From Minisyncoccota bacterium (GTDB taxonomy: Bacteria > Patescibacteriota > Minisyncoccia > Phycocordibacterales > CAIZLB01): a DNA stretch of 64,000 bases. The stretch is from the NCBI GenBank assembly GCA_036405975.1, contig DASWWM010000034.1, positions 4,675 through 68,674 of the forward strand. Direction: 5' to 3'. The notes beneath the pieces were generated by a model. That model did not search any database. It saw nothing but the letters and a program-made list of their open reading frames with translations, and was not told the origin of the DNA. A program made the position numbers and the translations under genes. Shown here one piece after another: positions 34,123 through 43,284 of this stretch (positions are counted from its first letter, which is position 1; each line of letters begins with the position of its first letter).

Positions 34123-34931
34123 TGAGTTATTTTGACGCAGTTATTCTTTCGGTTGTTGAGGGCCTTACCGAATTCCTCCCGGTGTCTTCTACTGGCCATA
34201 TGATTCTCGTGAGCAATATCCTGGGCATTGCCAGCGACCCGTTCACGAAAGTCTTCGAGGTGGTCATACAGTTCGCTGCTATCTGCGCCGTAATCTTCAT
34301 ATATTGGAAGACCATTGTCAGCAGCAAGAGCCTTGTCCTCAAGGTCGCAAGCGCATTCATTCCGACTGCGGTTCTCGGTCTCTTACTTCATTCATTCATA
34401 AAGGCGTATCTTTTTGAAAGTGTCCTGACGGTGGTCATTGCCCTTTTTATAGGAGGAATTGCCATCATATTTTTTGAGAAATGGGCCGAAAAGAAGAGGG
34501 CGGCGTCCGGGACTTCAGAAATTGAGCAGTCTCCGTCAGTGCCTCTGGCAGACATTACCTATAAGAAGGCTTTCTTTGTAGGCCTTTGGCAGTCTCTTGC
34601 CATGATTCCCGGCGTATCCCGTTCAGCTGCAACCATCATCGGCGGCGAAGCGATGGGCATAACGCGAAAGTCCATCGTTGAGTTCTCATTCCTTCTCGCC
34701 ATTCCGACCATGCTCGCGGCGACGGTCCTCGACCTGCATTCATCGAGCCTGGCTTTCACGGAAGGGGAATGGAAGCTTTTGGCAGTCGGATGCATCGTTT
34801 CGTTTGCCGTAGCATTTCTGGCCGTTAAGTCATTCCTGAAGTATATTCAGAGCCATTCTTTTGCCGTCTTCGGATATTACCGAATCGTTCTCGCGATCGT
34901 ATACGCTATATTTTTCCTTGGTATTTGGTAA
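34119..34931 (+). CDS. uppP: Undecaprenyl-diphosphatase UppP (BacA)
   Basis: VEGLTEFLPVSSTGHMIL and PGVSRSAATIIGG are the two BacA signature motifs. The protein is 270 aa and polytopic. Confidence 0.85.
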   Translation: MMSYFDAVILSVVEGLTEFLPVSSTGHMILVSNILGIASDPFTKVFEVVIQFAAICAVIFIYWKTIVSSKSLVLKVASAFIPTAVLGLLLHSFIKAYLFESVLTVVIALFIGGIAIIFFEKWAEKKRAASGTSEIEQSPSVPLADITYKKAFFVGLWQSLAMIPGVSRSAATIIGGEAMGITRKSIVEFSFLLAIPTMLAATVLDLHSSSLAFTEGEWKLLAVGCIVSFAVAFLAVKSFLKYIQSHSFAVFGYYRIVLAIVYAIFFLGIW

Positions 34932-34940
34932 AATATCGGC

Positions 34941-35681
34941 ATGAATATTTCATCAAATTACAAGACACCTATCGCTGCAGCATCAAGCATCGTTGCCGGA
35001 GCGATCATTATCGGAGTGCTCGTATTTGCATATACGGCGTACGGAATCAGATCAATGGATAACCAGCTTTCGGTCACTGGTTCTGCGCGACAGTCCATCG
35101 TTGCTGACAAGGCTAAGTGGACTGTGAGCATTACGCGACCCGTCACTGCCTCTACGCTTAAGGCTGGCTATGCCGACATGTCCAATGACCTCAAGGTCGT
35201 CCTCGCATATTTCTCAAGGAATGGATTCGACCAGTCTGCGCTTACAGTTTCGACCGTCTTCATGGAAGAAGTCTATGAAAACTACCAGCCAGCTCCTGAC
35301 CAGAAGAAGTACACCCTTCGACAGAGCGTCGAGCTTGCATCAGATGATGTAGAGAAGGTAAGCGCTCTTTCAAAGAATGTTCAGGAAATCATCAATCAGG
35401 GCGTCATCCTCAATGCCATGTCTCCAGAGTATTCATACTCAAAGCTTGCAGACCTCCGAGTGAGCCTTCTTTCGCAGGCGCTCAAGGATGCGAAGGATCG
35501 AGCGTCAGCTATCTCTGAAATGTCTGGCAACCGAGTCGGAAAGCTCAAGTCAGCTGCAAGCGGCGTGGTGCAGGTTCTTCCGCCGGGATCTATCGAAGTT
35601 TCTGACTACGGAGCGTACGACACTTCAAGCATCAACAAGGAAGTGATGGTTACGGTTCGGGCATCGTTCAGCCTGAAGTAA
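34941..35681 (+). CDS. SIMPL-domain (DUF541/YggE-like) protein
   Basis: The signal anchor, length (246 aa) and composition are typical of the SIMPL family. A second, diverged SIMPL-like paralogue lies at 36717. Confidence 0.55.
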   Translation: MNISSNYKTPIAAASSIVAGAIIIGVLVFAYTAYGIRSMDNQLSVTGSARQSIVADKAKWTVSITRPVTASTLKAGYADMSNDLKVVLAYFSRNGFDQSALTVSTVFMEEVYENYQPAPDQKKYTLRQSVELASDDVEKVSALSKNVQEIINQGVILNAMSPEYSYSKLADLRVSLLSQALKDAKDRASAISEMSGNRVGKLKSAASGVVQVLPPGSIEVSDYGAYDTSSINKEVMVTVRASFSLK

Positions 35682-35819
35682 AAAACTGTTTGGCTTCAAA
35701 AAAAGCCCGCTCTTTTCAAATCAAAGGAGCGGGCTTTTTTGCACCTGTCATTTTTCGCACGGCGCCTGGTTCTTGATTTAGTTGCAATGACTGCATCGGG
35801 ATGTATACTCTGAAGCAAT

Positions 35820-36683
35820 ATGGCAATTATTCTTGATGGAAAAAATCTAAGAAATGAAATCGCTGCGAAGCTCAAGGCCGTCGTGGATGAGAAGCTCGAG
35901 AAAGGCTTTGTTAAGCCTTCTTTGGCCATCGTGCAGATAGGGAACAATAAGGAGTCCGAGACATATATAAGGAATAAGAAGAGGTTCGGTGAAAGCATCG
36001 GCGTGAACGTCCTCCATGTGCATCTTCCAGAGGAAATAGAGCAGACTGAGGTTCAGAAGGAAATAAAGAATCTGAATGAAGACGAATCCGTTGACGGCAT
36101 CATTCTCCAGCTCCCGATTCCGAAGCATCTTCATAAAGAAATGCTCATCGAATCTATTTCGCTAAAGAAAGACGTAGACGGTCTGACTTCAAGAAGCGTC
36201 AAAGGTCTTTGGATTGATTCGGGAACTTCGCTCATGCCAGCTACGACGAGGGGGATACTTTCTCTTCTCAAGAAATACGACGTATCGCTCTCTGGAAAGA
36301 AAGTGGTTGTCGTCGGAAGGTCGGCACTCGTCGGAAAGCCGACCGCACTCGCTCTTCTCAATAAAGGAGCAACTGTAACAATCTGCCACTCCGAGACAAA
36401 AGACCTTGAGGCGCAGACAGTCGAGGCCGACATCATCGTCGCTGCTGTCGGACGGCCTCGACTCATCTCACGCCACCATGTCCGACCCGGCCAAATCATC
36501 ATTGATGTCGGTACGACCATTGAAAATCCTGACGACAGGAAATGCGTAGGGGATGCAGACTTTGAAGACATAAAAGATATTGTCGCAATGATTTCTCCCG
36601 TTCCTGGCGGTGTCGGTCCAATGACCGTTGCCTCGCTTTTTGAAAACGTCGTTGACGTGTACCTGCGAAAAACAATGATATAA
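35820..36683 (+). CDS. folD: Bifunctional methylenetetrahydrofolate dehydrogenase/cyclohydrolase FolD
   Basis: MAIILDGKNL..., PSLAIVQIGNNKESETYIRNKKR and VVVVGRSALVGKP are present, and PVPGGVGPMT is the FolD signature. Confidence 0.9.
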   Translation: MAIILDGKNLRNEIAAKLKAVVDEKLEKGFVKPSLAIVQIGNNKESETYIRNKKRFGESIGVNVLHVHLPEEIEQTEVQKEIKNLNEDESVDGIILQLPIPKHLHKEMLIESISLKKDVDGLTSRSVKGLWIDSGTSLMPATTRGILSLLKKYDVSLSGKKVVVVGRSALVGKPTALALLNKGATVTICHSETKDLEAQTVEADIIVAAVGRPRLISRHHVRPGQIIIDVGTTIENPDDRKCVGDADFEDIKDIVAMISPVPGGVGPMTVASLFENVVDVYLRKTMI

Positions 36684-36716
36684 TGGTAAGCATCTTTACC
36701 AAAATAATCATTACGC

Positions 36717-37628
36717 ATGGATCTTAAAAAATACCATATCAACCTTTCCTCTGAAGAACTCAATTCATTCCTCAAGGGAGCTGGAATTATCTGTCTCGGA
36801 CTCCTTTCCCTCTTCATTCTCGTGAAGACGGTAAGCGAGATCAAGCAGTATCCTACTATCGGAAATACTCCTGGCCAGAATGTGATTTCTGTCGCTGGAA
36901 ACGCTGAGATGTTCATCAAGCCTGATATCACTACATTCACATGGACTGTAGAAGGCGAGGGGGCGACTATTGAAAAGGCTCAGACTGCTGCAGCTGAAAA
37001 GGGAAATAAGGCGGTAGAATTCCTTAAGGAAAAGGGAATCAAGGAGGCTGACCTTAAGACGACTGGATACTATACGAATACGAAGTACGATACTCAGATT
37101 CGGCCTTGCGCAGTTTCTGCTGCACGCCCTGCTAATATCGAGCCTGCCTCTCCTGACATGGCCGTCTCAATGCCAGCGGTCACATCTGTCGGCGTGACTG
37201 TCCCGCCTTGCTCAAACACTGACCAGGTTGCAGTCGGATACACAACTATCCAGACAGTCGAGGTCAAGGTTCGAAAGATCAATGACAATCCAGAGCTTAC
37301 AAGCCAGCTCGTCGCGGGTCTCGGATCAATCGGAGCAAAGGTCTCTTCTCCTCGAAGCACAGTAGACGAGCCTGAGAAGTACCAGCAAAAGGTGCGACAG
37401 GAAGCCATCATCAAGGCTCGAAACGAGGCTGAAGTCCTCGCTCGAACACTTGGCGTGAAGCTCGTACGGGTTGTCAGCTATAACGACAATTCATACCCGG
37501 TTTATCCCATGTACGATATGGCCATGTCTGCACGGGCTGAAGCCGGAGGAAAGGCTGTCGCCCCTTCTCTTCCTACGGGAACGAACAAGATCTCATCTGA
37601 CGTAACGGTCACATTCGAGATTCGGTAG
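36717..37628 (+). CDS. SIMPL-domain (DUF541) protein, second paralogue
   Basis: A 303 aa protein with an N-terminal TM helix and a SIMPL-like C-terminal half. Confidence 0.5.
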   Translation: MDLKKYHINLSSEELNSFLKGAGIICLGLLSLFILVKTVSEIKQYPTIGNTPGQNVISVAGNAEMFIKPDITTFTWTVEGEGATIEKAQTAAAEKGNKAVEFLKEKGIKEADLKTTGYYTNTKYDTQIRPCAVSAARPANIEPASPDMAVSMPAVTSVGVTVPPCSNTDQVAVGYTTIQTVEVKVRKINDNPELTSQLVAGLGSIGAKVSSPRSTVDEPEKYQQKVRQEAIIKARNEAEVLARTLGVKLVRVVSYNDNSYPVYPMYDMAMSARAEAGGKAVAPSLPTGTNKISSDVTVTFEIR

Positions 37629-37761
37629 TCCAAAATAGCAAGATTTAAGGCGCCTAGTCTGAATCTGGGCCGGATTGACAAAATCCTCAAATCTACTACT
37701 ATATGAACAACCGCAAAAGCACCCGAAAGGGTGTTTTTGAATAGAAGATTAAACCAAGTAT

Positions 37762-37950
37762 ATGGCTATAAATAAATACATAAATGAAACTAAGGCCGAA
37801 TTGAAGCATGTCACATGGCCTACAAGGAACCAGACAGTCATCTATTCAGTGCTCGTCGTAGCTATTTCTTTGGTGGTAGCTGCCTACCTCGGCCTCCTCG
37901 ACTCGGCTTTCGGCTCAGTCATCAGGCTCATCCTTCCTTCATACAACTAA
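37762..37950 (+). CDS. secE: Preprotein translocase subunit SecE
   Basis: A 62 aa protein. KYINETKAELKHVTWPTRNQTVIYSVLVVAISLVVAAYLGLLD is the SecE pattern, with a single C-terminal TM helix. It is followed by nusG, the conserved synteny. Confidence 0.85.
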   Translation: MAINKYINETKAELKHVTWPTRNQTVIYSVLVVAISLVVAAYLGLLDSAFGSVIRLILPSYN

Positions 37951-38023
37951 TATCCATCTTGAGCGGCATCAGGCCGGACTCCCTGCAAGGAAAGGGAAGT
38001 TCAAGAATCTAACAACTACTACT

Positions 38024-38566
38024 ATGTCAAAACAAGTACAAGGCGAGCGAAATTGGTACGCGATCCATACATATGCCGGATACGAGAATGCGGTGCTTCG
38101 AAACCTCAAGCAGCGAATCGAGTCTTTGGGCATGGAAGACAAGATCTTCAACGTGATCGTTCCTGTCGAGAAGAAGATCAAGATCAAGGCGGGCAAGCGA
38201 GTCGAAGAAGAGGAAAAAATCTACCCAGGATACGTTCTCGTGGACATGATGGTAACTGATGACTCATGGTACGTAGTCCGAAACACTCCTCGAGTGACAG
38301 GGTTCGTGGGCTCGGGAACTGTTCCTGTGCCTCTCGACAAGTCTGAGGTTGAAACTCTCTTCAAGCGAATGAACACTGACAACGTCAAGCATACAATCGA
38401 CCTTGGAACAGGCGACCTCATTACTATCACGGATGGTCCGTTCAAGGATCTTGAAGGAAAGGTATCGGAAGTCGACACTGATCGAGGAAAGGTAAAGGTC
38501 CTCGTATCGATGTTCGGCCGAGAAACGCCGGTAGAACTCGACTTCTTGCAAGTTAAGAGGATGTAA
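38024..38566 (+). CDS. nusG: Transcription termination/antitermination factor NusG
   Basis: NWYAIHTYAGYENAV is the NGN domain start. The C-terminal KOW region is ...GDLITITDGPFKDLEGKVSEVD. Confidence 0.9.
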   Translation: MSKQVQGERNWYAIHTYAGYENAVLRNLKQRIESLGMEDKIFNVIVPVEKKIKIKAGKRVEEEEKIYPGYVLVDMMVTDDSWYVVRNTPRVTGFVGSGTVPVPLDKSEVETLFKRMNTDNVKHTIDLGTGDLITITDGPFKDLEGKVSEVDTDRGKVKVLVSMFGRETPVELDFLQVKRM

Positions 38567-38677
38567 GGTATCGTACTGCTTACGGCCAGCTCGCTCGGCT
38601 TCTACTTGTCGAAATGGTCATAAATTGGATACAGGGCTTTACTAAGCCGTTTTCAGAAATTAAAACAATATAAATTT

Positions 38678-39103
38678 ATGGCAAAGAAAATAATCAAACA
38701 GCTCAAGCTTCAGATTCCTGCGGCGAAGGCGACTCCGGCTCCACCGATCGGTCCGGCTCTCGGACAGGCCGGAATTCCAATCGGAGAATTCGTTAAGAAA
38801 TTCAACGATGCGACGGCTCAGATGGCAGGGGATATCATCCCTACTGTCATTACGGTCTACGAGGACAGGTCATATGACTTCATCCTCAAGACTCCTCCGG
38901 CTGCAAACCTCGTAAAGAAGGCTATCGGCATCGAGTCAGGATCAGGAACTCCTAACAGCAAGAAGGCTGGAAAAATCACTCGGGCTCAGGTTCGAGAGAT
39001 CGCAGAAAAGAAGATGCCCGACCTCAATGCGAAGGACATCGAAGGCGCTATGAAGATGATCGAAGGAACATGCCGATCACTCGGAGTAGAAGTAGTGGGT
39101 TAA
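38678..39103 (+). CDS. rplK: 50S ribosomal protein L11
   Basis: [43 protein letters not shown] is the canonical L11 N-terminus. The protein is 141 aa. Confidence 0.9.
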   Translation: MAKKIIKQLKLQIPAAKATPAPPIGPALGQAGIPIGEFVKKFNDATAQMAGDIIPTVITVYEDRSYDFILKTPPAANLVKKAIGIESGSGTPNSKKAGKITRAQVREIAEKKMPDLNAKDIEGAMKMIEGTCRSLGVEVVG

Positions 39104-39121
39104 TCCAACTCTCTTCACAAG

Positions 39122-39152
39122 AAAAAAACCGCCCAGCAATGGGCGGTTTTTT
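39122..39152 (+). terminator. Intrinsic terminator directly after rplK
   Basis: aaccgccc-agcaa-tgggcggtt followed by tttttt. No rplA follows. Confidence 0.75.
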
Positions 39153-39174
39153 CATACGGGTACTCAGACTTTAA

Positions 39175-39609
39175 TTACTTCTCTCCTGTACTACCAAATG
39201 CTCCTGCACCTCTTGTTGTCTCGTTTAGCTCCTCGACTTCGATGATCTGTGCCCTTTCAACTGGCATCACAAGCATCTGTATGATCTTCTGGCCGGCTTC
39301 AAGGGTGTAGGCCTTATCCGACTGATTCATAAGCCCGGCATGGATCTCGCCCCTGTATCCGGAATCGATCACGTTCCCAAAGGTCTTGAGTCCGTATTTA
39401 TGTGAAAGGCTACTCTTGTCGAACATGAGTCCTACGTAACCATCTGGTATTTCCATTGCGATGCCGAGAGGGACGGTCTTTCTGTCACCTGGCTGGAGCG
39501 TGATGCTTTCAGGGACATAGAGGTCGAAGCCAGCGTCGCCTGCATGGGCATAGCTAGGTACTTTCAGGTCCGGATGGAGCTTTTTAATCTTAAGTAGTAC
39601 GGGCGTCAT
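39175..39609 (-). CDS. dut: dUTP diphosphatase
   Basis: The trimeric dUTPase motifs AGDAGFDL, IDSGYRGEI and TRGAGAFGSTG are present. The protein is 144 aa. Confidence 0.85.
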   Translation of the reverse strand: MTPVLLKIKKLHPDLKVPSYAHAGDAGFDLYVPESITLQPGDRKTVPLGIAMEIPDGYVGLMFDKSSLSHKYGLKTFGNVIDSGYRGEIHAGLMNQSDKAYTLEAGQKIIQMLVMPVERAQIIEVEELNETTRGAGAFGSTGEK

Positions 39610-39630
39610 GGGTTTTATGTTACGTATAGC

Positions 39631-40203
39631 CTAATACTTCTCAACTTCCTTGTCGAGAATCTCAAGTTCGGTGCCGGCTTCTTTGAAAATGCGCTTGCTT
39701 TGCTTTGAGGCCTGATAGTCCTTTGCTGCAATAACCCGGACGATGCCGGCGTTTATGACGAGCTTGGCACAGACATAGCAGGGAACCATCTTGCAGTAGA
39801 GCGTTGCACCCTCAAGCGATACGCCGATGCGGGCGGCTTGAACGATGGCATTCTGTTCCGCATGGATGGTTCTAATGCAATGCATCGTCTCTCTGCCGTC
39901 ATCGTGAGTTACTTTATGCATCTCATGGCCGACTTCGTCGCAGTGGGGAAGGCCGATCGGGGAACCGACGTAGCCTGCCGTTACGAGCCTCTTGTCCTTC
40001 ACGATGACGCAGCCCGATCGGCCTCGGTCGCACGTTCCTCGGCTACCGACCATTTCACAGATCGACATGAAGTATTCGTCCCATGACGGTCGCGTATCTT
40101 TGCCGATAGAGTTCTTGGCTGTCTTCTTTGCAGGGACCTTGGCTGCCTTAGTCGAAGCAGCCTTTTTCTTTGAGTTTTTCATTGCACCTGAATTATATCC
40201 CAA
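39631..40203 (-). CDS. comEB: Deoxycytidylate (dCMP) deaminase
   Basis: WDEYFMSICEMVGSRGTC, GYVGSP and TIHAEQNAI (HAE motif) are present. CKMVPCYVCAKLVINAGI (PCxxC) is the dCMP deaminase pattern. The true start is probably the internal Met at 40182. Confidence 0.8.
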   Translation of the reverse strand: MGYNSGAMKNSKKKAASTKAAKVPAKKTAKNSIGKDTRPSWDEYFMSICEMVGSRGTCDRGRSGCVIVKDKRLVTAGYVGSPIGLPHCDEVGHEMHKVTHDDGRETMHCIRTIHAEQNAIVQAARIGVSLEGATLYCKMVPCYVCAKLVINAGIVRVIAAKDYQASKQSKRIFKEAGTELEILDKEVEKY

Positions 40204-40285
40204 TCATCACGAATGTGTGTAACTTGATATTTGCACACATTGTTATGTGATAACATTAAGCCATTAGCTATTATAAGATCATCAC

Positions 40286-41347
40286 ATGAAGAGAATCGCA
40301 CATATGGTAACCGGGATACTTCTTGCCTTCGCAGCGATTGCTGCAAGCCAGTTGGTATCTCCAGAGCCTGGAAACGCCCAAACAAGCATCCGGCGTCTTT
40401 ACGGGCATGCCTGGTCTTCGAATATCGGCTGGGTTTCGTTCAGCGAAAGCAATGATCCTGCGAAGTCGGTAATTATCAGAAGGATAGGAGGAGTAGATTA
40501 CCTCGATGGCTTCGCCTGGTCTCCGAATATCGGCTGGATCAAATTTGGTTGCAGCGGAACTTCGACTTCGAGGGAGAGTTCGAACCAATTCTGCGTGAAA
40601 GATTCTGTTACCTCTTTCGGGCGATACAGGAACCTTTCGCAGCCGAGATTGAGCGGAACGCAGATTATCGGATCTGCACGAACGTGCGCCGGGATGTCTG
40701 CTGCCGCAGATTGCTTCGCTTCTGAGTTAAGTGGAGGGAATCAGCCCGTGAACGGCTGGGACGGTATCATCAGCCTGAGCGGAACGGGTTACGGAATTAC
40801 TGTCCAGTCAAATGGCAGGACATTGGCGGGTCCGGGAGGAACAGGTATTCCATATGCATGGGGAGGGGACAATATCGGCTGGCTCAATTTCAGTGGCGTA
40901 AGCATCGAGTCTGTGGGAGACCTCTGTACTTTGTCTGACGGTACGGTTCTCGTAGAAGGAGGGTCTGCTCCTGTCATTACCAAAGTCGGCACCTCATGCA
41001 CTTCTACCATGTGGTCGTGCATTAACAAGGTTCCCGTTCAAGGCGCAACCGTTGACGTAAGCTGTGACGACGACGTTCCTCTGCCTGAAAATTTCTCTTG
41101 CACCCATGGCGGAAAGACATACGAAGGCGATACGACAACCTCGCTCTTTTCTAGGTCTCAGGTCAGGGCGGGTCAGTCATGCAGCGATTACTCAGCGACG
41201 CTCAGATGCGTAAGGGTTCCGGTTGATGGACCTGATAACGATACGGGAAGAATGGAAATAATAGCGCCTGAGGAAAAACAGGGCGATGATCCGGCCGATT
41301 ACGTCTATCCCGGATGCAGGCCATTGCCAGATTACATCGAACAATAA
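40286..41347 (+). CDS. Secreted cysteine-rich protein with three AWS.NIGWI.F repeats
   Basis: The signal peptide is MKRIAHMVTGILLAFAAIAASQLV. The repeats are GHAWSSNIGWVSF, GFAWSPNIGWIKF and YAWGGDNIGWLNF. The C-terminal half has more than 12 Cys. Confidence 0.6.
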   Translation: MKRIAHMVTGILLAFAAIAASQLVSPEPGNAQTSIRRLYGHAWSSNIGWVSFSESNDPAKSVIIRRIGGVDYLDGFAWSPNIGWIKFGCSGTSTSRESSNQFCVKDSVTSFGRYRNLSQPRLSGTQIIGSARTCAGMSAAADCFASELSGGNQPVNGWDGIISLSGTGYGITVQSNGRTLAGPGGTGIPYAWGGDNIGWLNFSGVSIESVGDLCTLSDGTVLVEGGSAPVITKVGTSCTSTMWSCINKVPVQGATVDVSCDDDVPLPENFSCTHGGKTYEGDTTTSLFSRSQVRAGQSCSDYSATLRCVRVPVDGPDNDTGRMEIIAPEEKQGDDPADYVYPGCRPLPDYIEQ

Positions 41348-41351
41348 TTAT

Positions 41352-41675
41352 ATGGATACAAATAACATGTACGGACAAAGCGGTCGGGCATCAGGCGTCG
41401 CAAAAACGATCATTCTCTACTCGGCAATCATCGTATTTTTCGGGGCGCTGCTAGGAGCAGTCTACTGGTGGGCAAATACCAAGACGGCTGTCGAGGAAAA
41501 TCTGTATGTCGATCCGCGAACTCCCGAACAGATGGAAGCGGCCTATTTCAGGGAAATGGAAGCGAACCCTGAGGACTTTGAATTCGACGTTTCCAATCCT
41601 GCGGAAGTCGAGGCGTATGTGGGTGAAAATCTTCCCGAGCCTTATGCGACCGGTACGCAGCAGAATGCTGACTAA
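41352..41675 (+). CDS. Small membrane-anchored acidic protein (weakly supported)
   Basis: Starts at the internal Met MDTNNMYGQSGRASGVAKTIILYSAIIVFFGALLGAVYWWAN. It has one TM helix and an acidic C-terminal tail. The longer ORF-track form overlaps the upstream gene. The RBS is weak. Confidence 0.3.
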   Translation: MDTNNMYGQSGRASGVAKTIILYSAIIVFFGALLGAVYWWANTKTAVEENLYVDPRTPEQMEAAYFREMEANPEDFEFDVSNPAEVEAYVGENLPEPYATGTQQNAD

Positions 41676-41701
41676 AAGCTAAAAGACCTAATTACAAAAA
41701 T

Positions 41702-42049
41702 ATGAAAAAACAAATCAAAGAAACAGTTTATGGATTCATTCTCGCGATAGTTCTTGTCGGAGGCGCGAGCTTCGTTCATGCCCAGACGTGGTCGAGCTCA
41801 TGGGTTCCAGCTCCAAGCCAGATGCCTCCTTCAAATACAAACATTCCCGCTCCTGTGAATACAGGTTCTGCCGGACAGACCAAGCTTGGGTCGCTGAAAA
41901 TCAACGGATCATTGTCTGTTCTCGGAACAATGCTCTTCTCTGGCCCGGTCAGGATTCCGCAGAATGCGGCGGACGGAAAGGTGCTTACGTCGGATGCTAC
42001 CGGGGTTGCCACATGGCAGCCTCTTCCGGCGGTTTGCCGACCGATTTAG
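41702..42049 (+). CDS. Small secreted protein; paralogous to the N-terminal domain of the next gene
   Basis: Signal peptide, then QTKLGSLKINGSLSVLGTMLFSGPVRIPQNAADGKVLTSDATGVATWQPLP. The same motif order (QTK.GSL...G...GKVL.SD..G...W..L) occurs in the 42089 protein. Confidence 0.55.
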   Translation: MKKQIKETVYGFILAIVLVGGASFVHAQTWSSSWVPAPSQMPPSNTNIPAPVNTGSAGQTKLGSLKINGSLSVLGTMLFSGPVRIPQNAADGKVLTSDATGVATWQPLPAVCRPI

Positions 42050-42088
42050 GGCATTTACCTGCTCCTTTAGCACTCTAATTACTGACGC

Positions 42089-43150
42089 ATGAAGCATACA
42101 ATCAAGACAACCCAATTTCTCCACTTCTTCGCATGGTCGCTTTTCCTTGTCGGGGGACTGCAGCTGGCATTGTCGTTTACATCGGCAGGAAGCAGCGTGC
42201 CGCCCAACGGCACCCCTTCCATTTTTTACCCGATCATGACAGCCAATACCAATCCTGCCGAACAGACAAAGGCTGGATCATTGACTATGAGTCCTGGAGG
42301 TCTCGAGGTGGTCGGGACTACGACTATCAATCAGGCATTCAGGATAAACTCGGGTACTCCCGGAACCGGCAAGGTGCTTATCTCCGATTCGCAGGGATAT
42401 GGAAGCTGGAAAGGGCTGACATTCGCTGATGATCCATACGGTGAATGCCGAAGGACTGCCCAGACTACGACTCCGGGAGCCAGAATAGCATCGGCATCTA
42501 CTAAAGTCGGCCAGAACGGGACATATATCCAAAGAAGAATGGTCTTCGGTGGAGAGCATCTCATTGTTGCCACTACGACTTTCAGCGTCGAGCCGGGATC
42601 CTGCATGTACAGCTACTACCATGTGGCGACAGACGGATCAAAAGAATACAGGTATTGCGACGGCATTGACGAGAGGATTTACTTCAGAAATGGATCATGG
42701 GGCGATAGTTCTGCCAGAAGACATGGGCTAAACGGCACATACGCCGAGGATGATGGCGGAAACGGTATGGCTTTCGCTGTCTGCAAGGAAAGGGCGTTCA
42801 CATACTCTGCGAAAACCGTGGATAATTGCAAGGCGGGATACGGAACGGTAGGTACAGGGCATTATGTAGGAGCCGTTAAGGATTCTGCGGCTACTGATCC
42901 CGGCATTACGACCGGCACGTTCGTGACATGTACCATGGATTATTTCCCGCCTTGGACATGTCCAGCTGAAACGGGCACATATCGCTATTCGAATCTCAAT
43001 CTCGCAACCGGAAAGTGCACGAGGACTCACAAGACAAGCGGCGCGACTGCGCAAGTCAACGTGGTCAAGCCGGGCAAGGTTGACCAATGCGCACCTGGAT
43101 GGACACCGTATCAGATTGCCGGAAGGTGTGTCGGGGGCTCTATCAACTAG
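42089..43150 (+). CDS. Secreted cysteine-rich protein (N-terminal domain paralogous to the 41702 protein plus a Cys-rich C-terminal domain)
   Basis: Signal peptide, then QTKAGSLTMSPGGLEVVGTTTINQAFRINSGTPGTGKVLISDSQGYGSWKGL. The C-terminal 230 aa has about 14 Cys and many Gly/Thr/Tyr. A terminator lies at about 43180-43205. Confidence 0.6.
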   Translation: MKHTIKTTQFLHFFAWSLFLVGGLQLALSFTSAGSSVPPNGTPSIFYPIMTANTNPAEQTKAGSLTMSPGGLEVVGTTTINQAFRINSGTPGTGKVLISDSQGYGSWKGLTFADDPYGECRRTAQTTTPGARIASASTKVGQNGTYIQRRMVFGGEHLIVATTTFSVEPGSCMYSYYHVATDGSKEYRYCDGIDERIYFRNGSWGDSSARRHGLNGTYAEDDGGNGMAFAVCKERAFTYSAKTVDNCKAGYGTVGTGHYVGAVKDSAATDPGITTGTFVTCTMDYFPPWTCPAETGTYRYSNLNLATGKCTRTHKTSGATAQVNVVKPGKVDQCAPGWTPYQIAGRCVGGSIN

Positions 43151-43284
43151 TAATCAATAAGGCTGCATCGCTTGCAAAACCGCCGATACGGGCGGTTTTG
43201 CTTTCTTTGTAGCCATATAAAAACCCTTTGCGAGCCGTATCTTCAGCCTTATACTTAGGATGCTTATACATAACTCAGAATCAC

